Below, in pieces: positions 1-8,414 of a DNA stretch of 64,000 nucleotides. The stretch comes from Acidobacteriota bacterium (GTDB lineage Bacteria > Acidobacteriota > UBA6911 > RPQK01 > JAJDTT01). The notes beneath the pieces were generated by a model, which saw only the letters and a list, made by a program, of their open reading frames with translations, was not told the DNA's origin and searched no databases. Within the stretch, counting starts at the first letter, position 1, and every line of letters begins with the position of its first letter. The stretch spans positions 4,480,001 through 4,544,000 of the forward strand of contig OZ242374.1 of NCBI GenBank assembly GCA_965209055.1, written 5' to 3'. The position numbers were made by a program, and so were the translations under genes.

Positions 1-608
1 GGTTGGAGAAGCGGGTCGAACATCTTTCACGCCAGCGCGAACTCCGGCGCAGGCGCCGCCGCCGGCAGGGGCTTCCCGTGCTCTCCATTATCGGCTACAC
101 CAACGCCGGCAAGAGCACCCTCCTGAACGCCTTGACCAACAGCGTCGTGGCGGCCCACGACCAGCTCTTCATGACCCTGGACCCCACCAGCCGGCGCCTG
201 CGTTTTCCCCGGGAGGGGGAGGTGCTCATCACCGACACGGTGGGATTTATCGCCGAGCTGCCACCGGACCTGATCTCCGCCTTCCGGGCGACGCTGGAAG
301 AGCTTGCGGACGCCAACCTGCTGCTTCACGTCATCGACGCCGCGGACCCGGAGTTGGACGACAAGATCCGGGCCGTGGAGATGCTGCTGGTCGATCTGGA
401 TCTGAACCGGATCCCGTCGGTGAAGGTATTGAACAAGATGGATCTGGTGTCCCCGGAACAGGTGAGCGCCCTCTGCGGCCGGATCGGCGGGCTGGCAGTG
501 AGCGCAACCCGGCGGGAGGGACTGGCGGAATTGGTGAAAACCGCCGAGGAACGGCTGTCCCGGCCTGAAGCTCCACGGTGGAATACCAGCTACACAACGC
601 CGATTTAG
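1..608 (+). CDS. hflX: GTPase HflX, C-terminal part (5' end outside window)
   Basis: G1 GYTNAGKSTLLN, LFMTLDPT, G3 DTVGF, AFRATLEE, G4 NKMD. Confidence 0.95.
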   Translation, partial: LEKRVEHLSRQRELRRRRRRRQGLPVLSIIGYTNAGKSTLLNALTNSVVAAHDQLFMTLDPTSRRLRFPREGEVLITDTVGFIAELPPDLISAFRATLEELADANLLLHVIDAADPELDDKIRAVEMLLVDLDLNRIPSVKVLNKMDLVSPEQVSALCGRIGGLAVSATRREGLAELVKTAEERLSRPEAPRWNTSYTTPI

Positions 609-618
609 CCGCCACCCG

Positions 619-1836
619 TCAGCGCAACGGATTCTCGTACCAGACCACGTTGTTGCTGAGCCTGCCGGCAACCAGCAGATCGAGATCGCCGTCCCCATCC
701 ATATCCACGGCGCGAATGTCGTAGGACTCCTGATCCCGATCCAGAACATGGACCCGGAACCGGCCCGAACCGTCGTTCTCGTACCAGGCGGCCATCTTGG
801 CTCCGAAAGCGCAGGTCGCCGCATCCACGTCGCCGTCCTGATCCAGATCGGCCACGGTCAGGGCATGCGGTTCCCGGATCTCGGGATGGATCTCATTGAT
901 CTTCCAATGGGGGGCCTCGAACCAGATCACACCCTGAGCATGCCCCCGGGAGGCCACGAAATCGACCCGGCCGTCTCCGTTGACGTCGGCCGGATGGATA
1001 TTGGTGGCTCCTGGCTGGAGGCCTCCCAACCGGTGCCGCTTCCAGGCCGCTTCGGGGTTTTTCGGCGCCTCCCACCAGGCGAACCAGTTCCCCAGGCCCG
1101 TCGTGTCGGTCGGACCTCCCTTGGCGGCCGAGGCGGCGTCAGGACGTCCGTCCCCATTCACGTCTCCGAATCCCAGGTAGTGACTGAGTCCCGGCGCGTC
1201 CCGGTGGGCGAAGACGAAGCGGTGCCAGGACTCGGCCTTCTTCGGATTCTCCGGAACCCGGTACCAGACCAGGGATTCGGGAAAGGGACCCTTGGGCCGG
1301 GCGCTGGTGGCCAGCAGGTCCAGGCGTCCGTCCTGGTCCACGTCGCCGGTCAGAAGCCCATGAATGCCGTTGACCTGATCGTCCACGAGCCGTTCCTTCC
1401 AGGCCTGGGATTCAGGATTCTCCGGTTGCTCCAGCCAAGTGATCAGCCCCGGCTGGTAGCGGGCGCCGATCCAGTCCAGGTCGCCGTCGCCATCCACGTC
1501 CAGGACCTCGCTGTGGATGAAGTCCCTCTCCTCCTCCGGTCCCAGCGGGATTTCCTTCCAATCGGGAGCCACCAGCAGGCGGGTCCGGCCCTCGCTGTTG
1601 GTGATGACGTCGGGCAATCCGTCCCCCGTGAAGTCTCCGCCCACGGCGGTGAGCGCCGAGGCGCCGGAATAGACCTGGTGCTTGCGCCACTTTCCTCTTG
1701 CGCCGGAAGTTCCCGAAACCGGATCCACAGACAGGGTGAGCGCCGCCATGGCCGCAACCGCCGGCAGGAATCGAAGACAACGGAGTCTCGATGTCTCCGT
1801 CGAAAAAGGATGGTTTGGTTGGATCGATTGCATCAT
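619..1836 (-). CDS. Secreted FG-GAP/VCBS repeat protein
   Basis: Signal-like N-terminus; about 7 DxDGDGxxD motifs (DFTGDGLPD, DVDGDGDLD, DVNGDGRPD, DMDGDGDLD). Confidence 0.85.
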   Translation of the reverse strand: MMQSIQPNHPFSTETSRLRCLRFLPAVAAMAALTLSVDPVSGTSGARGKWRKHQVYSGASALTAVGGDFTGDGLPDVITNSEGRTRLLVAPDWKEIPLGPEEERDFIHSEVLDVDGDGDLDWIGARYQPGLITWLEQPENPESQAWKERLVDDQVNGIHGLLTGDVDQDGRLDLLATSARPKGPFPESLVWYRVPENPKKAESWHRFVFAHRDAPGLSHYLGFGDVNGDGRPDAASAAKGGPTDTTGLGNWFAWWEAPKNPEAAWKRHRLGGLQPGATNIHPADVNGDGRVDFVASRGHAQGVIWFEAPHWKINEIHPEIREPHALTVADLDQDGDVDAATCAFGAKMAAWYENDGSGRFRVHVLDRDQESYDIRAVDMDGDGDLDLLVAGRLSNNVVWYENPLR

Positions 1837-1996
1837 TCCTCCTGCGAGAACGGGAACCGCCGAACGCCTGGACCGGAAGGATTCGCCAATGGAGCCGGCT
1901 GAAGACTTTCCCGGACGAAAGTCAGTCTATGCGGAGCATCGAGAGGGGTTCAACCGCGACCCGTGCCGCCGCGATGAGAGGTTATACTCTCTGGCC

Positions 1997-4186
1997 ATGC
2001 GCTGGGGCATGGCCTGGGCCCTGATCCTGCTCCTGATGTGTCCGGCTCTGAGGGCCTTGGACGGAAGACTTCTCTTCCCCGACGGGACCCCGGTAGCAGG
2101 AGCCCAGGTCACGATCCTGGAACATCCCGGTCAGAGCCGAACCGACCAGCAGGGTAGATTCCGCTGGTCACCCGACCCTCCCGTGCCCTTCGAAGTCCGG
2201 GTGGAACTCCCAGGCGGACACGACACCTTGCACGCCGTCGTCCGGGAGACCGTCTCTGAAGGGACTCTGGAGTTGGTCGTCCGGCCGCTCTTCCGAGAGG
2301 ACCTGACGGTGACGGCCGGCAATCCGGCTCGTACCGGGACGACGCCTGCCAGCGCCTTGGAGTTGGTGACCCACGAGGAATTGGCTCAGACCCGGCCCTC
2401 CCGGCTGATCGAAGCCATCGAACGAATCCCCGGCGTGGCTCGGGTCTCAGCGGGTCACGCCGCGGTGCCCTCCATTCGAGGTTTGGCACGGGGACGAACG
2501 TTGATTCTTCTGGACGGCGCCAGAGTCATCTCGGAAAGGAGAGTCGGTCCCAGCGCGACTTTTCTGGATCCCTTCTTCCTGGACCGGATCGAAGTCGTTC
2601 GCGGCCCTGGATCCGTGGCCTATGGATCCGACGCCTTCGGAGGCGTGATTCACGCCCAGACTCGAAAACCGCGCCCCGAATCGACGTATGGCGGCCGATT
2701 CATGGGAACCCTCGGCTACGGAATGCCCGAGCAGAGCGCGGGTGTGGAACTGAGCCGCAGCCTGGAATCGGGTTCCGTATTCTTTTTGGGGAGCATGCGG
2801 AATTACGGCGACTACCGGAGTTCCGGAGTCACCGTGGACAATTCAGCCGCGCGCAACCGTTCGTTCCTCGCGGGCACCCTGCTGCGCGTCGCGGGAGGAG
2901 AACTCTCCCTTGGATGGCAGACCGACCGCGGCCACGATCTGGGCCGGCCCACTTTGCGCTCACCCCACATGCGGACCTTCTACCCGGAAGAGAACTCCGA
3001 CCGAATGCACCTCGCGTTCGATTCGAAGCCCATCGGCGGCTTCGACCAGGTCCGGATCGAAGGATCGATGGGCCGATACGCCCTCATCACCGATCGGGAA
3101 CGCCTCCCTGCACCAAACCGGCCACGCCAACTGCAGAGGTCCCGGGTCGCCGCCCGCCACCTCGATTTCCGCGTGCAGGCCATCTCCCCGCTTAAGTGGA
3201 TCCGGTTGGAGTTGGGGTTTGACGTCAACGGCCGTTTCGGACTCCACTCCGAGAACACGACCCGCAGCTTCGACGCCGGGAACCGAACCACCGGAACCCT
3301 TGCGGCCGCATCCATCGAGGATGCGAGGCGCATCGACCTGGCGCCATTCCTCTCCGCGGAGTTGCCGGTCAACTCCTATCTGTCCCTCTGGGCAGGCGCC
3401 CGATGGGATCAGGTGTCCAGCTCGAGCCGCGGGTCGTTGGGAAACTTCGACAGGATCAACCGGGCGTTCTCCGGCTTCTTTGCGGTCGTCGCGCGGCCGC
3501 TGCCCCCGCTTCAGCTCACGGCTCAACTCTCCCGGGGCTTCCGGGAACCGACACTTTCGGACCGCTATTTCCAGGGGATCAGCGGCCGCGGCCTGATTCA
3601 CGGCAACCCCAACCTGGTGCCGGAAACCAGTCGGCAGTGGGACGTTTCGGCCCGTTGGTCCGGAAGCGACTGGCGTTGGGACCTGTTCCTCTACCGGTAC
3701 CAGATCCGCCAGTTGGTGGAGCGTTTCGAAGCGGAACCCCAGCACTTCTACTTCCGCAATCGCGGATCGGCCCTGTTGACCGGAGTGGAGGTGGAATTAC
3801 ATCGTCACATCGGCGAGGGGATGTCGCTGGGAGTCGGGGGACACGCGTCCGCCGGCCGGACCCGAGAGGATGGGAGTCCCCTCGACGACGTCCCGGCCCC
3901 TTCAATTGCCTTGATCATTGGAAAAACGCTCGGTTCCCGGGGCCACCTATGGCTCCAGGGCCGTACCTTTGCCCGCGACTCCAGATCCGGCCCCACGGAA
4001 GCTCCGACCCCGGGTTTCGCCACCCTGGATCTCTCCTGGAGTTGGCTGTTGGATTCCCAGACCCAGCTCCGTTTCCTGGTAAGAAACCTCACCGGCAAGG
4101 ACTACCCGGCCAGCCCCGACCGCTGGTCCGTTCCGGCCCCCGGCCGCGGTCTTCTCCTAAGTCTAATGTATACTCTCAGTGATTAA
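1997..4186 (+). CDS. TonB-dependent receptor
   Basis: Start re-called at ATG 1997 (MRWGMAWALILLL signal); plug motifs PSIRG, LILLDG, RIEVVRGPGSVAYGSDAFGGVI; barrel GNPNLVPE, VRNLTGKDY. Confidence 0.9.
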   Translation: MRWGMAWALILLLMCPALRALDGRLLFPDGTPVAGAQVTILEHPGQSRTDQQGRFRWSPDPPVPFEVRVELPGGHDTLHAVVRETVSEGTLELVVRPLFREDLTVTAGNPARTGTTPASALELVTHEELAQTRPSRLIEAIERIPGVARVSAGHAAVPSIRGLARGRTLILLDGARVISERRVGPSATFLDPFFLDRIEVVRGPGSVAYGSDAFGGVIHAQTRKPRPESTYGGRFMGTLGYGMPEQSAGVELSRSLESGSVFFLGSMRNYGDYRSSGVTVDNSAARNRSFLAGTLLRVAGGELSLGWQTDRGHDLGRPTLRSPHMRTFYPEENSDRMHLAFDSKPIGGFDQVRIEGSMGRYALITDRERLPAPNRPRQLQRSRVAARHLDFRVQAISPLKWIRLELGFDVNGRFGLHSENTTRSFDAGNRTTGTLAAASIEDARRIDLAPFLSAELPVNSYLSLWAGARWDQVSSSSRGSLGNFDRINRAFSGFFAVVARPLPPLQLTAQLSRGFREPTLSDRYFQGISGRGLIHGNPNLVPETSRQWDVSARWSGSDWRWDLFLYRYQIRQLVERFEAEPQHFYFRNRGSALLTGVEVELHRHIGEGMSLGVGGHASAGRTREDGSPLDDVPAPSIALIIGKTLGSRGHLWLQGRTFARDSRSGPTEAPTPGFATLDLSWSWLLDSQTQLRFLVRNLTGKDYPASPDRWSVPAPGRGLLLSLMYTLSD

Positions 4187-4226
4187 TCCTTAAATATTTA
4201 TAAATAATGGACAAGGAGGGTCCACA

Positions 4227-5165
4227 ATGGCTGTCGACTCGATGCATCTTCGAGAAATGGAGCCGGAGGACGGATGGGAAGTGGCCGAGCTCATCTACGC
4301 CTCCATCAACGCCTGGTACGGCCTTCGAGGCTTGGGACAGCCCTTTCAGGGGTCGCCCAAGGTCACGGAGATCTTCCATGAAGTCTACTCGGCGACGGGC
4401 TCCAGCCGCTGCGTCGTGGCAGAGAACGCCCGCACCGGGCGTCTCATGGGTTCCTGCTTCTACCACCCCAGGAAGACCCACGTGGGACTCGGCATCATGA
4501 CCGTCCATCCCAACTATTTCGGTTTCGGCGCCGGCAGCCGGCTCCTGGAATACATCTGCCGCTTCACCGACGGGAACGGGTACAAGGCCCTGCGCCTCAC
4601 CCAGAGCGCTCTCAACCTGGATTCCTTCTCGCTCTACAACCGGTACGGTTTCGTTCCCCGCCAGGCCTACCAGGACATGATCCTCCAGGTGCCCGAGTCC
4701 GGCCTGGATCACGAAGTGCCTGGACTCGACCGGATCCGCGACGCGACGTTGGACGACGTCCCGGCCATGGCGGCCCTGGAGATGGAGGTGAGCGGGGTGA
4801 GCCGGGAGGAGGACTACGGCCTGTGCATCCGAAACGACCTGGGATTCTGGTCGGTTTCGGTTTACGAGGGGTCCAGCGGGAACATCGAAGGGTTCCTGGC
4901 TTCGTCGTCTCACCCCGCCTTCAACATGCTGGGGCCGGGCGTGATCCGGACGGAACGGCAAGCGGCGGCCCTGATCCACACGGAACTGGACCGGCACCGG
5001 GGGCGGACGCCGGTCTTTCTGGTCCCCGTGGACCGTTACGGACTGGTCCGGCAAATGTACGATTGGGGCGCCCGCAACTGCGAGCTCCATTTCTGCCAGG
5101 TCCGGGGCCGATTCCAGCCCTATCAAGGCATCAACATGCCGACATTCGTGCTGGAAACGGCTTAA
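4227..5165 (+). CDS. GNAT-family N-acetyltransferase
   Basis: RBS AAGGAGG at ~4212; motif A VHPNYFGFGAGSRLL; SLYNRYGF. Confidence 0.85.
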   Translation: MAVDSMHLREMEPEDGWEVAELIYASINAWYGLRGLGQPFQGSPKVTEIFHEVYSATGSSRCVVAENARTGRLMGSCFYHPRKTHVGLGIMTVHPNYFGFGAGSRLLEYICRFTDGNGYKALRLTQSALNLDSFSLYNRYGFVPRQAYQDMILQVPESGLDHEVPGLDRIRDATLDDVPAMAALEMEVSGVSREEDYGLCIRNDLGFWSVSVYEGSSGNIEGFLASSSHPAFNMLGPGVIRTERQAAALIHTELDRHRGRTPVFLVPVDRYGLVRQMYDWGARNCELHFCQVRGRFQPYQGINMPTFVLETA

Positions 5166-7354
5166 GTCGACCTCGCCCCGGCGCGGCGCCGATTCACAAA
5201 GACCAGGACCAGGCAACCCAGCAGGCACAGCCCCGACAAGGAAGCTCCCAGAATGATCGACGCCGGACGATAGACGAACTGCACCTCGTGCTCGCCGGCC
5301 GGGAGGAATACGGCTCGCAACGCCCCGTGTGCGCGGTAGAGCCTGGCCGGTTCACCATCGACGGTCGCCTTCCATCCGGGGAAGTGGGCATCTCCGAAAA
5401 CCAGGTACGCGGCGCACGGCATTCGCGCTCGCGTCCTCACTTCATGGAGGGTCGTCTCCAGGAACCTGACCACGCCCTCCTGTCCACATCCTTCGGGCCG
5501 GGGCAAGAGATCTTCCCCGTCAGATGCGATGGTTTCCGTGTCGTGAACCGTCCATGCCCGAGGGGACGCGTCCGGGTTGAGAAAGACCTTCCACCCCGTC
5601 GAACTTCTGAAGACTTCGACTTGTGATTCGCGGACCCGATCCCTGGAAACCGTATACACCGTGTTGAGCATGAGCCGCCGCCGTTCCCAGTCACCCCGGA
5701 AGAAGTCCAGAACGTCGCGGCTGACCGAGGCCAGGTAGCCGTCCACCATCTCCAGCCCCTCCCAACCCCCGATGTTCGGTTTTCTTCCCTCGGTCTCGAT
5801 GTGGAACCGGAAGGGCTTGGGCCTCGACTTGAGATACTCGGCGACCTCGCCGAACTCCGCCAACCTGTCGAGATGCCCGGGGCGGGCGGGATCGTTTCGA
5901 TGGGACAGTGACGTCGAATGCGCCACTCCCATCTCGAACAACATCAGAGCCACGATTGCGAAACGCGCGGCCGGCGCCGAGATCGAACCGCGCCGGACGG
6001 CATGCAGCAGCGCCGCCAAGCCAAACGCCGCCATGGCGGCAATCACCACCTGGTCGCCCGAGTGTCGAGTCATCTTGCCGTCGAGATACCGGTAGAGGGT
6101 CAAAAGCCATGCCGACGCGCCAAACCCCACCAGAGCCCGCTGGATGGCCGGCAACCAGCGCCCGCCCGGATGAGACTTCCGGTCCCGAAGCAGTCGATCC
6201 ACGCCGAACGCCGCCAGGACGAAGACCGCAAACTGGAAAACGAACACGGCATGCGCCGGCGCCCGGGCCTTGTCAAACAGCGGAACGGCAGCGTAGACCC
6301 AACCGTGCAGGATCGAGAACGGCCCCAGCGAATAGGCCAGCGCGGCGAGCGCAATGCAGGAATAGACGCGGACCCAGCGCTCCCTCCAGCAGGCGCCGAC
6401 GGCGTAGATGGCCAACGAGAGGCACACGAGCCCGACGAAGGTGCTGACCTGGAAATGGGCGTGCGGAACCAGCATGCCCAGCAGTGTGACCGCGTACAGG
6501 CGCAGGCCGGACTGTGCGTAGTACGGCACATCCTGGCCCATGGTCAAGGGGCGCTCGGCGCCGACCCAGCGGTAGGATTCGGCGCCGTATTCGATGGCCG
6601 GCAACAGTTGCAGCGCCGCCGCCGCGAACGTCGTCCCCGCAATCACCACGTACAGTCCCGTGAAACCTGCCGCCTCGCGGTACGACCGGCGCAGACGCTC
6701 GAACAGGAAATAGAAGAACACCCCGGTAAGAGCCAGCAGGGCATACATGGGGTTCTGGTGATGGCCGCTCAGCAAAGCCATGCCGATGGCCCCGCCACAA
6801 AACACGGCGTTGGTCCACCGGCCCGAAGGATCCCGGGCCCGCTCCATCCGATGAAACAGCAGGAAGATCAATGGGATCCAGATGGCGCCGTTGACCTTCT
6901 GCGGCCAATTGGTAGCGGCGAGATACCCGCCGCACCCGAACGCCAACGCAGCCAGAACCGCCGCGTACCGGCTTCTTCCCAACTCGCGCACCAGGCCGTA
7001 CATGAAGAGCGCCGCCAACACGTGCATCAGCACGAAGTGCCAGTGGACCCAACGGAGCTGGATCCGGCCGTCCTTGAGCGGCGCCAGGAACAACGGCCAG
7101 TTGAGCGGAAATGCGCCGCCGGGTTGCATCTGTCCCAACAACGACTGGCCCGCCCAGTGGTAGGGGTCCCACATGGGGAAGATCCCCTCGTGCCATGCCT
7201 TGGCCTGCACCTGGTACCAGGGCAGGACCTGGTACGCCAGGTCCGGATTGTCGGCGAAGGTGAATTGCTGACTGAGGCTGAGCCTCCAGAAGAAAAGAAC
7301 GACCAGAATGAGGATGACGGCCAGTGGGAATCGATCGAATAAGTCCGACTTCAT
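5162..7354 (-). CDS. YfhO-family multi-TM membrane glycosyltransferase (GT-C-like)
   Basis: PMWDPYHWAGQSLLG, many TM helices, C-terminal FPGWKATVDG...LRAVFLPAGEHEV. Confidence 0.85.
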   Translation of the reverse strand: MKSDLFDRFPLAVILILVVLFFWRLSLSQQFTFADNPDLAYQVLPWYQVQAKAWHEGIFPMWDPYHWAGQSLLGQMQPGGAFPLNWPLFLAPLKDGRIQLRWVHWHFVLMHVLAALFMYGLVRELGRSRYAAVLAALAFGCGGYLAATNWPQKVNGAIWIPLIFLLFHRMERARDPSGRWTNAVFCGGAIGMALLSGHHQNPMYALLALTGVFFYFLFERLRRSYREAAGFTGLYVVIAGTTFAAAALQLLPAIEYGAESYRWVGAERPLTMGQDVPYYAQSGLRLYAVTLLGMLVPHAHFQVSTFVGLVCLSLAIYAVGACWRERWVRVYSCIALAALAYSLGPFSILHGWVYAAVPLFDKARAPAHAVFVFQFAVFVLAAFGVDRLLRDRKSHPGGRWLPAIQRALVGFGASAWLLTLYRYLDGKMTRHSGDQVVIAAMAAFGLAALLHAVRRGSISAPAARFAIVALMLFEMGVAHSTSLSHRNDPARPGHLDRLAEFGEVAEYLKSRPKPFRFHIETEGRKPNIGGWEGLEMVDGYLASVSRDVLDFFRGDWERRRLMLNTVYTVSRDRVRESQVEVFRSSTGWKVFLNPDASPRAWTVHDTETIASDGEDLLPRPEGCGQEGVVRFLETTLHEVRTRARMPCAAYLVFGDAHFPGWKATVDGEPARLYRAHGALRAVFLPAGEHEVQFVYRPASIILGASLSGLCLLGCLVLVFVNRRRAGARST

Positions 7355-7598
7355 GGCTCAAATGCCGGCGTCCCGGCCGGCGGCAGCACTCATGTTCCCA
7401 GCAAATCAAGCCGGCTTCGAAGACGCAAGCCATGACGAAGTTCGGGATTCTCCCGATCGTCTACTCGCACCGGCCTTCTTCGCCCATTCATGCGGATCAA
7501 ATGAGGATCGAGACTTCTTGCTCCTGGAACGACTTGCTATCTTGAATACGGTTCCGATCGCTGGTGTTCATGGGCGACCAAATCGAGATTGCCGAGCC

Positions 7599-8300
7599 AT
7601 GCCGGGCAAGCTGAGCGTCATCATTCCCGTCTACAACGAACGCGGCACGCTGGAGGAAGTGTTGAGCCGGGTCGCCCAGGCGCCCATGGAAAAGGAGGTG
7701 ATCGTCGTGGACGACGGCTCCGACGACGGGACCCGGGAGATCCTCGAACGCCTCTCGATGAATGCCGGCCGATCGGATCGACTCCGGATCGTCTTCCACA
7801 ATGGGAATCAGGGCAAGGGTGCGGCGGTGCGCACCGGAATCGCTCAAGCCACGGGCGATTGGATCCTGATTCAGGACGCCGACCTGGAATACGATCCTCG
7901 GGATTATCCGATGCTTTTGGCTCCGCTCCAGGACGGCCGCGCCGACGTGGTCTACGGCAGCCGCTTCCTGGATGGCGCCCATCGGACCCGGTACTTTCAG
8001 CACTACCTGGCCAACCGCTTCCTGACCTTCGTCTCGAACCTGATGACCAACCAGAAGCTGTCGGACATGGAAACCGGCTACAAGGTCTTTCGCCGGGAGG
8101 TCCTGGACGGCATCCGCCTCCGGTCGAACCGCTTCGAGATCGAACCCGAGATCACGGTCAAGTTGACTCGCCAGGGATATCGAATCCACGAGATTCCCAT
8201 CTCCTACAACAGCCGCTCCTACCGGGAAGGCAAGAAAATCACCTGGGTGGACGGGCTCAAGGCATTGTGGGCCCTGTTTCGCTACCGGTTCTTCTCGTAG
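7599..8300 (+). CDS. GT2 glycosyltransferase (polyprenol-phosphate glycosyltransferase-like)
   Basis: Start re-called at ATG 7599; LSVIIPVYNE, VDDGSDDGT, NQGKGAA, QDADLEYDP, GSRF, DMETGYK. Confidence 0.92.
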   Translation: MPGKLSVIIPVYNERGTLEEVLSRVAQAPMEKEVIVVDDGSDDGTREILERLSMNAGRSDRLRIVFHNGNQGKGAAVRTGIAQATGDWILIQDADLEYDPRDYPMLLAPLQDGRADVVYGSRFLDGAHRTRYFQHYLANRFLTFVSNLMTNQKLSDMETGYKVFRREVLDGIRLRSNRFEIEPEITVKLTRQGYRIHEIPISYNSRSYREGKKITWVDGLKALWALFRYRFFS

Positions 8301-8301
8301 G

Positions 8302-8414
8302 GGCAGGAGGGGGGACTGTTGGTCCCTTAATCCCCCCTCGGCGACTGGGAAGTGTAGAGGGGGACTCCGTCTCCCTAACCCCCCTTCGGCGGTAGGAAAA
8401 CCGCCGCTCCTTAC
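8302..8414. repeat. REP/REPIN-like extragenic palindromic repeat, intact copy between convergent genes
   Basis: AGGAGGGGGGACTGTTGGTCCC ... GGGGGACTCCGTCTCCC ... TCGGCGGTAGGAAAACCGCCGCTCC; the same modules recur at 12797, 15124/17899-18021 and 58333-58450. Confidence 0.8.
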
